A stretch of 63,542 nucleotides of DNA, the filler included, from Octopus bimaculoides (lineage: Eukaryota): the NCBI RefSeq assembly GCF_001194135.2. It is 5 parts of 5 records of this genome, joined end to end, with 100 filler letters (N's around TTAATTAATTAA, not from the genome) between each part and the next. Parts side by side here need not be neighbours in the genome. Positions count along the whole stretch, not along the records: positions 28,631 to 59,003 come from NC_069005.1; 4 more parts are not named here. One strand, 5' to 3'. This document shows positions 37,402 through 49,530 of this stretch, in pieces. The notes beneath the pieces were generated by a model. That model was not told the origin of the DNA, ran no database searches, and was given only the letters and a program-made list of their open reading frames with translations. Position numbers and translations under genes: made by a program. How positions within the stretch are numbered: the stretch's first letter is position 1; each line of letters starts with the position of its first letter.

Positions 37402-39965
37402 ATTTTTTGACATAATGACCTGTTTTAAAAGCAGTTTCATATTTCATTTAAAAGAAAACATGTTGATTTATTTGCAAAGCTGTGTTTATACATAAATCAT
37501 TATTAGTTTTATTAAGGCAGGTGAACTAGCAGAAACAAGGTGGGATTGAACCTGAAAACAGTTGTGAGACAAACTTCTTAATGACCCCCCCCCCTCCCTC
37601 TATGCCTAATCAAATTTTGTTGGGGGTCTGAAGACCCAAGGATTAACTGAATATAAATTAGAATTCTATGTTGTTGACATTCTAAGAATTTCTAAACTTT
37701 GAGAGAATGTAAAACACCACCTCAGTTCGTACAGCCATGAAGAATTTACTGCACTGCATAGAATTCGGTATTTAACAACTGAAATTCAATAAAGAGATAT
37801 ACAGACAAGAAATAGTCAGAGATGATATAAAGAAAGCATTTTTAAAAATAAAAATATGTGAAGAAATGTAACAGCGTAGTGTAGTTATCTCCCTTGGGTT
37901 AATGTAGCGTCTTCAGTATTTACCTCCCTTGTATTTTAGGCCCTGTTCACGAAGCTACTGTGGATGATAGCGGTGTGTGTGTGTACATGGTCATATAATC
38001 GACCGCAATTCCAGGCAATTAAGAAGTAAATTTAAGTATCTTAATTTTCTCATAAAAATTGTTGCTGCTTTGGTGGCCCAGTAGGTAAGGGTGTTTAAAA
38101 GTAGTAACAAGACACAAGCATAGGTTTCTAATCTCTGCCAGGAATGACAGGGGGTCTTATTTTCATTTTTTATCTGTAGAGATAAAAAAAAATTTTTTAA
38201 TGAAAAATTTTAGTAATATCCCTTAATGCACGCTCTGGGTAGAATTGAACCCTGCCCAGTATGTTCAATGTGGCTGCCTAGTTATGTCTCTTACCCACAA
38301 GACCACCAAGATACCCAACATTAATGTAGTAAATTAAGAGATATTTAAATCTATCATAACTAAAGATAAAAAAAACAAAAGCTATCTCATCACAGCTGTA
38401 GCTCAGTAATTAATCCCAAGTTGGGGACCTGTTTAGGTACCTTTGTGTGTTGACAGGGAGGAAATAGAACATAAGAGAAGGGGTTAAGAGATGGCAGAGA
38501 AATAGAAGATGTGATTTAAACAGGTTTGTCTTCTGTCAACCCACGTATGACTGTGTGGGTCCTTACAAGACGTACAAGTTCAGTCACAATACAGGTCGTT
38601 TGTTGTCTTGCAGTAAAAGAGACACTGTGGTGGCTCCTCAGCACTGCTTCACTTCCAGACCATTTTATCAACAAGATCCTTGATTTGTCTCTGTTTGACT
38701 TGCCACTCGTACACAAATTCCAAATTTTTTTTTATCAAATTTCCTTCAAGTACATCTTTAATCCAGTTTTTGTCCTCCTGGCATGATCTTTCTTTCATTT
38801 GGCTTGATGTAAAGTATAAATTAAACAGAAATTAGTAGAGAGAAATAACTGAGACTGACCTTGGCATGTATTTGAACAACAGACAAATACAGGTATATCA
38901 AATACTAAACAATATAAATTCTTGACTTGTTATTTCCACAAGAATTTATGTTGTATGGTATAAAAAATTTTTATGATTGATTTTAAATATATGACATAAA
39001 AAAAAAACAATGTGTGAAGCTTTTTTTTAAAACAATTTTGAAAAAGATTCTCAAAGAAATCAAAGCTGAAAAGTTATGAAAAAAAAACAGGACAAATCAC
39101 AAGTAACTATTCGGTATAATGTAATCTACGGTGTCTAAACTATTTAGAAAATACAGTTTTTAGTGCACAATTTCTGACTATTTGTACAGGAACATCTTTA
39201 TATGGCATAACTACACTAATATTCTCCACAAACTGTTTCTTCATAAATTTTTGGAGTATGGTCGTTAATAAAATTTTCTACAAATATGCTTCAGAGGGTG
39301 CCAATTACTATTATATTATCTAATGAGAAAAGAAAGCAGGGGGCAGGTATTTTATGCATTTCGACTTTGTTTCCTCATACGCTTTTATGATGGAGGGAGG
39401 GGGGAGAATTATTTTGGAGGCCTATTCCAGCCTATCCCCTCTGGAACTAAATGAATGTATTAATAAAATTAAAATCTTTAGAGATACCAGTATAATCTGA
39501 AACAAAAAGTATCGAAGACGAATTTGTTGGTGTAACGGTTTGGTATATGTGCAGGCCTGGAAGTTTTCGTAAAAAACAAAAAATATATATATATTCATTA
39601 AACAAACTCCAGAAGGGGAAGGGTGAAACGGCCCTCAAAAGTATTTTCCCAACATAATTGTAATCTACATCGTAAAAGCGAACGAGGAAACAAGGTCGGA
39701 GCATATAAATCTTCTTAAACTCCTCTCACGCAAACGTTTCACAATAAATTCCGATATAATCGTAAAACATCATCTGAAAGTTATTTGTAGAAAATAGCAC
39801 TTAAAACATATCCATCATTCAGAAAATTACGAGGAAACAAAGTAATGGGGTACGCTTGTGTAGTTCTGCCCTATGTATGTATATGTACGTGCGTAAGAGC
39901 GCCCACAGCCGTCAGTCCGCTCGATGTCGGTTCCTCGTCGCCCAGGTGAGCAAACTGTAAACAAT

Positions 39966-40089
39966 ATGGCTACGAGTGGCGATACTCATGCTGGGCGCGA
40001 TCTACCTGTCCGTGCCTCTCGATTAACATCGTCTACACAACCAGCATTCATTACAGGTGCAAACAGAGACATACAGTCATTGAATACAG
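39966..40089 (+). CDS. UBXN10: UBXN10-like gene, coding exon 1. An in-frame upstream ATG exists at 39924.
   Basis: ACAATATGG start in a CpG-richer patch, MATSGDTHAG..., and a phase-1 donor G|GTAAGA that joins exon 2 in frame. Confidence 0.6.
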
Positions 40090-40282
40090 GTAAGAATGAT
40101 TGGTCAGTGAGCAGATCTTTGGGGGTTTTGCCGTGAGAAGACATTTTCCATTGATTAACACAGTTGTTATATTATATATCTTAGCTTCTTGTTGTTGTTT
40201 AACCCAGGGCAGCCAGTGAAAACTGGCTAATAGTAACATACAAAGACTGCATTATTCAATACGTCTTTATTATTTACAGCTG

Positions 40283-40510
40283 GTAGGCTGAGATTTGAGC
40301 GAGATTTAGTTGCTATTTCTAACCGATCGTGTTACTAAGGAGCCCCTCAACAGTGTTCGTAGGTCACGTGTGGGGGGTGGGGGTGCGATTCAGTGTTTAT
40401 ATTTACGAAGGCAGATACTTGTGAGTCACCGGTGTGAAGGAGGGACTCTCTTCGTGTTGCCCGACCTACAAGAAATAGCAGCCAAAATTCTCTCTCAAAT
40501 CACAGCCTAT
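40283..40510. mobile_element. MITE-like element with about 38-bp imperfect terminal inverted repeats
   Basis: GTAGGCTGAGATTTGAGCGAGATTTAGTTGCTATTTCT pairs with AGAAATAGCAGCCAAAATTCTCTCTCAAATCACAGCCTAT. The same end motif occurs at about 54346. Confidence 0.65.
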
Positions 40511-41440
40511 GGTTTTGAAAAAGTGTATGATGAAAACCTAATATTTTGAATAAAAGATTGGGTGATTACAGCTGGAATACTTCGATCCTAGATCAGGTCT
40601 GACCTTGGGCTAAACATGACATTACATGTTCGAGTGTTGTGTTACGGTGATGGCTTTTTATTGACAATTCACCTGAACAGAGACAGACAGACGACGCATG
40701 TGCGTCCGTGCACACGTATTTCCGTATAATACATGGTCTGTAGTTGCTTAGATATCATGTAGACCAGTGATTAAGGTGTTGGACTCACGATCACGAAAGT
40801 CGTGGGTTCGATTCATAGATCGGGCAGTGCACTGTGTCTCTGAGCCAGAAATTGGTTGTTTTTGCAGAGCTCTGACATGCTCATCTGTAAATGAAGAACC
40901 AGCCGACTGCTGGTGCCACACACACGCTCTCTCTCTCTCTCTCTCTCTCGTCACATCTTTGATATTCTACAAGGCCAAGGATGAACGGACCAACAGTGGT
41001 GGCTCTACTCACCTAAAAACAAAGCAAACGTGGTAACAGCTGCTACAAAGTCGTATTCACTTGCTGAGAATATGGATAAGCAGCCTTTTTTTGTTTTTCC
41101 CTTTCTCTTAAATAACACCAACGTACACACTGGTGTTTGTGTCGGACGACCGTAGCTCATAAAAGCCAAAGGATCGAGATTCCAAATCTTGCTATTCTTT
41201 ACACGGTTACATTACCAACACAGCCCTGTTCGCTTTGACCAAACAAGCTGCAGAGGTGCCATCTTGTAAGTTGTTTAGCCCTACGGGAGCAGATCCTGTT
41301 TCTTTTCAGACATATTGGTTTCAAATTTTAGCATAGGGTCAGTAGATTTGAGGGGAGGGGCAAGTCGATTACATCGATCCCAGAATTTTACTGGTATTTA
41401 GTTATTGAGTAACCCTCATCACATTGTCGACACTCAGTCA

Positions 41441-41575
41441 CGTCATCATCATCATCATCATCGTTTAACGTCCGCCTTCCATGCTAGCATGGGTTGGACG
41501 ATTTGACTGAGGACTAGTGAAACCGGATGGCAACACCAGGCTCCAATCTAATTTGGCAGAGTTTACACCTAAGAT
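41441..41575 (-). mobile_element. Short RTE-family 3' end with (GAT)n tail
   Basis: Near-identical reverse complement of 63285-63405. Confidence 0.8.
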
Positions 41576-41835
41576 ATGAATAGTCCTGTTCTTATCTGGC
41601 CTCTTTCATAATTCTTAGCCATTTTATACCCCCTCATCTACCGTAGATTGCCCCCCCTCTCCCCACAGTCTTGTAAACTGCATAACAAGTTCACCAGTCC
41701 ACTGTCAAAGCAGACACTGGGGCCACGATACAGTCCTTTAGACCCACTGGATCCTGTCAAAGCAACCAACCCATTCCATGCTGGAACATGGATATTAAAA
41801 TGCTTTGATAACTAAGTATTTTTGTTTTTTGTCAG

Positions 41836-41932
41836 ATTCTTTGCTAATTCCATCAAAGCAAATAATGATGTCAAATGATGCCAGCAGAAATCAGAATGGT
41901 AGAGATACTCCGAGTAATTCTCTCTCAAACAG
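41836..41932 (+). CDS. UBXN10: UBXN10-like exon 2
   Basis: TTTTTTGTCAG acceptor and AG|GTAAGA donor. 97 nt, open, and the phases fit both neighbours. Confidence 0.65.
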
Positions 41933-41974
41933 GTAAGAATCGACTCAACACCTTATTACTGGACATTCTTTCTT

Positions 41975-42356
41975 TTGTCATTTGACTGTGGCCATGCTGG
42001 AGCACCGCCTTTAGTCGAACAAATTGACCCCAGGACTTATTCTTTGTTAGCCTAGTGCTTATTCTATCGGTCAATTTTGCCGAACCATTAAGTTACGNNN
42101 NNNNNNNNNNNNNNNNNNNNNNNNNNNNNNNNNNNNNNNNNNNNNNNNNNNNNNNNNNNNNNNNNNNNNNNNNGGGGGGGGGGGGGGAACAAACACAGAC
42201 ACACGAAAGGCTTCTTTCAGTTTCGGTCTCCAAAATCCACTTGCAAGGCTTTGGTCAGCCAGAGGATATAGAAGACACTTGCCGAGGTGTCATGCAGTGG
42301 GACTGAACCTGGAACCATGTGGTTGGTAAGCAAGCATCTTACTACACAGCCACTCC
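41975..42356 (-). mobile_element. SINE family B, near full length (contains a gap)
   Basis: The tRNA-like head GGAGTGGCTGTGTAGTAAG...GGTTCAGTCCC reads on the minus strand, together with the family tail. Confidence 0.8.
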
Positions 42357-42489
42357 ATACGATGGGGGGGGGGAGCACTTTCAGGTGATTTCAATAGAAA
42401 TTAATAACAAATCAGAATGTAAGCAAGATTCAATTTTTATTGGATTTTCACTCAGGTTCAAAGAAACAAAGTAAAATTGGCATTTTGTT

Positions 42490-42610
42490 TGCTTAACGTG
42501 GTTGAGTTCAGACCCACTGCATGGCACCTTGCGCAAGTGTCATCTACTATAGCCCTGGATCAACCAAAACCTTGTAAGTGTATTTGGTAGATGGAAAAAG
42601 AAGCCCAGTG
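42490..42610 (+). mobile_element. SINE family B 5' fragment, inverted relative to 41975-42356
   Basis: GTTCAG.CCCACTGCATGGCACCTT..GCAAGTGTC.TCTACTATAG. Confidence 0.65.
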
Positions 42611-42896
42611 TGTGTGTGGGGGGGCACTTTTGCCAAAACTGCTAGGTTATGGAGAAGTAAACAAACCAGCATCAGCTGTTAAGCAGTGGTGGGGGATAAA
42701 GGGATAAGACAATAGGATTCTTTTAGTTTCCAACTACCAAATCTACTCACAGGGACATTATCGTCAGATGTCTAAGAGAGGATCTTAGAGTAGGATGTTT
42801 TGATCAGTTTTTCAATTAGCCAAAAGAAAAAAAAGAAAAAAACTCAAAATTAAATTCTAGAATTCACCATTTTTTTTGTTTGTTTTTATCCTGCAG

Positions 42897-43108
42897 CCAA
42901 CAACAGTCATTCAGTTCTTTGGAAGCAGCTCTGCAGGGTAAGGTCTCCCTGCAGTCCCAAAGAATGTCTGAGAGTTACCTCATTAAACCTCCAATGACGA
43001 CAAAAGGACCCAGACGTGACCACCCAGAACGACCACCCCCACCATCATCAATATACAGTTCAACTGGTTTAACATCACAGTTAGACATTTCTGAAAATCC
43101 TCATCAAG
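42897..43108 (+). CDS. UBXN10: UBXN10-like exon 3
   Basis: TTTATCCTGCAG acceptor and G|GTAATG donor. 212 nt, open, S/P-rich, with consistent phases. Confidence 0.7.
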
Positions 43109-44849
43109 GTAATGAAGATTTTAATCGTTTTTTTTTTTTTGTTTTTATACTGTCATAATTTCTAGACAAAGTAGAAACTGTTAGTGAAGGGAGTTGGAGA
43201 TTTCACTGAGGTTTGGGTGGTTTCGGAGACAGAATTACTTGGCAGAGGGAATGGTTAGAACCCTAAGACCTTGAGCCAATGAGAGGGCCTCAACTGAAAT
43301 ACTCAAATTGCTAGAAATAGCTATGGGCATTGTCAGTTACAATGACAAGGGTACCAGTTGATTCAATCAACAGAAAAGTCTGCTTGTGAAATTAACATGC
43401 AAGTGGCTGAGTACTCCACAGATATGCACAACCTTAATGGAGTTCTCAGAGACTCCGTATGATACAGAATATTTTCTTCTCTAGGCACAAGGCCTGAAAT
43501 TTTTGGGGAGGGGACCAGTCAATTAGATCGACCTCAGTATGCAACTGGTACTTTATTTACCCCGAAAGGATGAAAGGCAAAGCTGACCTCGGAATTTGAA
43601 CTCAATGTCAAGAGACGAAATACTAAGCATTTCGCCCGGCATGCCAACGTTTCTTCCAGCTTGCTGCCTTTAGTACGATACAGAATGCGAACAAATGATA
43701 AAAGTATGTCACTTGTATATTGGTAGGGACCTCAGGGGTGATAAAGGATGCAGTTCCATTGAGTGTAAGGTCCAGGGAACTCCTTGCTGGGAAGATAAAT
43801 ATCAAGAACCGTCTCCAAGATTAAGAAATTCTCTCCAATCATTTAAAAGATTTCATGGACCTTACAAAGCATGCATCTTCAATTAAAAATTTAACAAAAA
43901 ACATTAAACTTCACAATGTCCATCTGCATGTGCACTTGTGTGCACAAAGTGTTGATCAAAAGTTAAAGTGTATCCAATAAAAAAAATGTACGATCCATTA
44001 CAGTTGTTAAGACCAATCATAGTAAGATATGATTGTTCTTAATTCCAGTGGACATTCAACAAAATGTCTAAATAACCAATTAAAATCAGACATTAAACAA
44101 ATTTTATTTTTACAAAAAGAAAAATATTACAAGAGGAGTTTAACTTAAATTACAGATTTTCTATGAAAAATATTATCGAAAAGAATATTGAAAATTTATA
44201 CAATTTAAAAGAAGCTTAAATGATTTTTAAACGGAAGGGGTAGCAACATTGTGCATGAAGGAAGGTACAATATCTAATTCAAGAGAGCACTTCTTACCAG
44301 CAGCTCATTCATTGTGTTTAATGAACCTTAAGGTTTTTAATTTTTATTCAACAGAAACCAGTGTCAATTAAAAACAAAAAGTTTAATATATTTTTATTCC
44401 ATACAGGCTAAAAACCAAAACGTCATTTGTCAGATTGAATGACAATGATAAAACAATTTTAGGATTTAAAATATTAAATTAGTACCAGTCATGACCATTG
44501 ACTAAACTCAAAATTTTGTGGCTTTGTGTCTATTTGACTGGTACTTTATTAATCCTAGTAGCAGGTGAGACAAGATCAACCTTGGCAGGATTTGAACTCA
44601 AAACAGGTAGAATTATATACAGCACAAACATTGATGCACTATTTCTGCCAATTCGTCACTGTTTTATGAGGGTTTAAAATATTCATGGTCATTCAGTCAT
44701 ATTATTTGATATGATGAGCTGGTCTAATTATACAAAAAAATTTAGTTTTAACAAAATGGCCTGATCTAAAGTTAGATATTCTAGTTGCTTCCATTACATT
44801 TACCAATATTTATGCTGTAGACATTAAGACATGCTAAACTTTTTTGCAG

Positions 44850-45454
44850 ATGATTTCCTTGTTAATGTCGCCCGACCAAAGTCTTCCTCCTTGTCCAGGT
44901 ATAAACCACTGCCAGCCATAAAACCAAAGTTTATGACTCCTACACCCAGAGATATCCATGTTATACCAACTGACACAACAGTGGACATGGATTCTTGTCA
45001 AGTCAAAGATACAGAATTCTTCCAGCTCTATAGAAACAAAAACAAACATTTTGACACAGTTCTCAATCAGTCAGCATCTTCGAGAGGTTTGCCATTAAAC
45101 TTCCATTTTGAAGAGAATGAAAGTTTATTTTCAGACACTGAATCTGATGAAAAAACTTCCAATACCTTGCTGGTAGCACCAGAATGTGTTGGGCAAAATA
45201 TTCTACTGGCAGTAAAATTACCCAACAGTCAGCGAATTCAGAAATGTTTCCATCCAGATGAAACTTTCCGAGCAGTGCGTCAGTTTGCCGAACATGAGAG
45301 TGGGGAAAATTTGTCAGACTATCAGTTGGTTTGTAACATGCCTCGGATCCTGCTTGGTTTGGATACCACAATACGTGACAACGGACTTTTAGATAAAACA
45401 TTGCTGCATTTAGAACATTCTGGAACATTCAGAGATCATAAATTACAACATTGA
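44850..45454 (+). CDS. UBXN10: UBXN10-like terminal exon with C-terminal UBX domain
   Basis: ILLAVKLPNSQRIQKCFHPDETF...LVCNMPR...L.DKTLLHLE is a UBX fold pattern. RPKSSSLSRYKPLPAI recalls vertebrate UBXN10 SSSLNKYPVLPSI. Orthology is from recognition, not a search. Confidence 0.75.
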
Positions 45455-45472
45455 ATGGTTTCACAAGGTTTA

Positions 45473-45478
45473 AATAAA
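45473..45478 (+). terminator. Putative polyadenylation signal of the UBX gene
   Basis: AATAAA about 20 nt after the stop. Confidence 0.4.
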
Positions 45479-47285
45479 CGTCTTATACCAGACCTGGCTT
45501 TTGGCTCAGAATGGATGACGAGGAATGACCAGTCATGCTATAGCTAATAATGGTGACATAAGCCGTGAGCAAGACGTGAGCAGAGATGACCAGACAGTTT
45601 CTAGGAAGTTTTGAAACAATGAAATCTTTTGGCAGAGTCCAGGTTTTGCTTGTCTATATTTGTGACTTTTTATTTAGTAATTTAAAAGTAAAATAATTCA
45701 GAATTCTGTAAATTTCAAAGAATTTTAAAGGAAACAAAAGAAAAAACATTAAAATATGATTGTATTTTGAAGAATTCTTGATATTTCCAACAACTTTAGA
45801 AAAATATGGAAATAATCTGCCTTATCTGCTCACAATTTTCAGTTTTTGCAGCTTTAGTCTGGAATAAATCAGGATTAATTCCAAAGTCGTCAGGAATAAA
45901 CGTTTTACAAAATTTTTACTGAAGTGGGCCCTGAACAATTCATTTTTCTTTCACCCCAAACTTGACAAAGACCCATCTTTCTTTAGACATTACACCTCCT
46001 GCTTTGACAGGAATATTTTTTTTTTCAACAGGAAATTCTGAATAAAGTTTGTCTAACCACTAAAAAGGTCTCCACACTCGAGAACGTATTTCAATATACC
46101 TGAAGTTGTACTTCCTATTAGGAGGACAGAATCAGAAATGCTGTTTTTTTTTTTTTCAAAATAAAAATCAGCAACACAAAGCACATTAACATAATTTTTA
46201 ATTTAGACCCAAGACCAGCAATTTTAGTTGATTACCCCAGTCCCAAGTATATGACTGGTACTTTGACCTTAGATGAAAAGCAGAGTTAAGCAAGGTTTGA
46301 ACCATAAAGAGCCAGAACAGACATGGCATTTTGTCTGAGGTTTTAATGATTCTAATAATGCAGAGTGATATAAAAGACTACCACCGATCAGGAAGCTGCC
46401 CACCACGTCACACTTCAGCTACAATACAAAAACCCCAAAATACAATAAGAAACTAACACAGCCTGGTTCTCAAATAGAGGGGATATAAGAGATTCCCTAA
46501 TTTCTTCATAACTCCCTTTACACTTTGAACACCCACAAGCACCATCATCTGCTCCACAATTACTAAAACCAGAAGGCAAACGGTGCCCGATTCTCACCAA
46601 CTCCAATTATAGGTGATGTTGGGGGAATAGCCATCATTTAACGACTTTTATACAGGTATGGGTTGGCCAGTTTGTCAGGATTCAATGGGCCCAAATACTG
46701 CATCATGTTTCAAAGATAAATAATTACATATAACAGCAGCAACTGACATTTACAGATAATCATTGATTATCAATTTTTAATAGATAAAAGTAGGAAGGAT
46801 ATAATTGGCTGCAAAATCAAATATGAAATCAAATTGCCAGGTCTGGCTTTGTTTTGTATCTGATGTTAATAGACTCAATATCGCTGCAAGGATATTAGGT
46901 CACTCAAGAAAGATTTATAGAAGATAGACCAAAGATTGATTAAATCAAATTAGTTATAAATTGCAGGTCAATCATCAGTATCTATTGATTGGTCTGTTTG
47001 TTTTTTGGGGGGTTTTTTTTCACAAGATAAAAGTTGGAAGTTCGAAATTCAAAAAACTGACCACTAGAGTAATATTGCAGTGACTGGTCCCACCCCACTG
47101 GTCACTAGACAAATGCTGCCGGTTGTGAATTATTCAGGATGCTGATCACTAGAATATTGTGATTAATATATAACAACGACCAGTCAACACCACTACAGTG
47201 AATGGTTCGTTCTATTTGACCTCTGAAACACCACAACAACCATCCCACACCACTTTGACAGAGCTACATATTTAAATATCAAATA

Positions 47286-47488
47286 TATGAGGAGGTACCC
47301 AAAAGTAACTGGAAACGTTGTGGGGACTCGAAAAAAAAAAAAAAAAGGAATAAGATCGCGAACTACACCGACAGCACTTGCAGGACCGATTCCAGAGGGC
47401 ACCTGAATCAGCTAGGCAGGCCATAGGGACTCGCTGCAGACCCATTTGTGCAGAAACAGTTTGCCGCTGGCCGAGATCTTTCAATCTG
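47286..47488 (+). mobile_element. Probable left end of a mariner-type element
   Basis: TA followed by TGAGGAGGTACCCAAAAGTAACTGGAA resembles mariner TIRs. It runs into a gap. Confidence 0.35.
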
Positions 47489-47794
47489 NNNNNNNNNNNN
47501 NNNNNNNNNNNNNNNNNNNNNNNNNNNNNNNNNNNNNNNNNNNNNNNNNNNNNNNNNNNNNNNNNNNNNNNNNNNNNNNNNNNNNNNNNNNNNNNNNNNN
47601 NNNNNNNNNNNNNNNNNNNNNNNNNNNNNNNNNNNNNNNNNNNNNNNNNNNNNNNNNNNNNNNNNNNNNNNNNNNNNNNNNNNNNNNNNNNNNNNNNNNN
47701 NNNNNNNNNNNNNNNNNNNNNNNNNNNNNNNNNNNNNNNNNNNNNNNNNNNNNNNNNNNNNNNNNNNNNNNNNNNNNNNNNNNNNNNNNNNNNN

Positions 47795-48480
47795 ACAAAC
47801 TTTCATCGTGCACATAAAGTGAATGAGTGTTCTTTGCTGTCAAGTCTCCCAAATGAACCGTTTTTTTGGACCAGTGATAAGCAATGGGTTCTCCATAAAA
47901 ATGTGCCCCGAAGACAGTGGGTAGGGAAAGGAGAAACACTGACACCCCAGGCTAAAGAAGGTCTTCACCCACTTAAGGTGTTATGGTTGGAGGGATATGA
48001 AAGGTTTAGTCCACTGAACTTTTGAACCCAAACCAAACAAAGGAGATCTGTGAGCAGCTTGAGTGGCTTAAGTCAGCGCTGGAAGGAAAATGGCCAGCTT
48101 TGGCTTCAAGACGAAAGGTGTTCTTCCATCAGGATAATGCTTGGCCACATACGAGGATGACATTCCAAAGGCTGGAGTAATTTAAATGGGAAACGATGCC
48201 CCACCCACCATATTCGCTGGACATTGCACCATTTGATTATCATATATTCCACAGCCTTCAAAATCATTTGGATAGAAAACATGAATTTTGTAGACAAGAT
48301 CAGAACAGTACTGGAGGAGTATTTTTCATCATGGACAAGTGAATTTTGGAAGAGGGGCCTTGCAATTTTCTCAGGTAGATGAAAGAGCCTTGTAGAAAAT
48401 GAAGGAGAGTATTTTGTTCATCTTAATTTTGAAAAAGTATAAATAAACCGCATTATTAATGGGATGAGATTATATAAAAA
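47795..48480 (+). mobile_element. Decayed mariner transposase, catalytic (DD34D) half
   Basis: D.QWVLHKN..RRQWV..GE, GLHPLKVL, FHQDNAWPH and WETMPHPPYSLDIAPFDYHIFHSLQNHL. Multiple stops and frameshifts. Confidence 0.85.
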
Positions 48481-48562
48481 TGGTTCATCACACAGTTGGA
48501 AATCGTTTCTTCTGAGAGAATAGAGAAGCAAGTGTGGAAATGGAACTGGAAATGCATCTCCC

Positions 48563-48596
<34 letters not shown>

Positions 48597-49379
48597 AAGT
48601 TCATAGCAGATTGGGACTTATCTTTCTGTGAAGAGACAGGGTAATTCCAATAATATCCCCCGCTCTCGTTGTCAGAGCATCAGTTTGGCAAATTCAATCA
48701 ATACAAATCTAAGCCAAATCAATAAACAGATCAATCCCTCATCAGACAGAACAAAGCTTACTCCAACACAGCTTCTTAAAGAACAAAACATAAAAATAAG
48801 AAGCAATAAAAAAATCAAACATGGGGTGGGGGTGAAGTGCACTGGTGTGGGAGGGTAGGTGGTGGGAGGATTTAGTTCCATGGACAAGTTTATCCCCAGG
48901 TTAGTCCCACGGGAGTAGGATCTATCAAAATAACCCAACCATGGCCCTCCTGTCAAAAGGTATTTTACAGACTACAACATCTGAAGTAGCTTGGCCTCTG
49001 CACTTTCAGAAATGTCTTTTGCTGATACTACAGTGAACCCGCAGTCAAAGATGCAAACAGTGACTCACACTTCCTTGACTCCCACCAACTATAAATGACT
49101 CTGGCTCTTCTATACGGCCCTTGGTCTGAACCACGATCTCAATAAATGCCTTTGGGTCTTCTATACAGCCCTTGGTCTGAACAGCCAACTCGGGTATTAG
49201 CACCCTTTGCACCCATCAAGCTGAAGAGGCTTAATCACTGGCTACAGATCTACTCCTTGGGTACAGGTTAACTTGGCCACTACCAATGAAACCCCGTGAT
49301 CCTCTGGTTTCAAACTGGGAAGTAATGTTTCCTCCACTCAGTCACTCCAAACTCCCTCTCCTCCTTCCCTTACATTGTA

Positions 49380-49530
49380 TCCAAGAGTCCCCAGGCGCCA
49401 TCCTGTCCCATCCCAGGCCTTGCACTAGTAACTACTCCAAGTCCTTTCTCCCTGGAACATCAATCTTCTGGAATTCCCTCCTCTGCAACTATCCTTGAAG
49501 AACATTAACTGATCTCATGTGTCTTTGAGA
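49380..49530 (+). mobile_element. CR1/L2-group LINE 3' fragment
   Basis: PRPCTSNYSKSFLPGTSIFWNSL matches the group's C-terminal R.....SF.P.T...WN.L motif. Confidence 0.55.
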
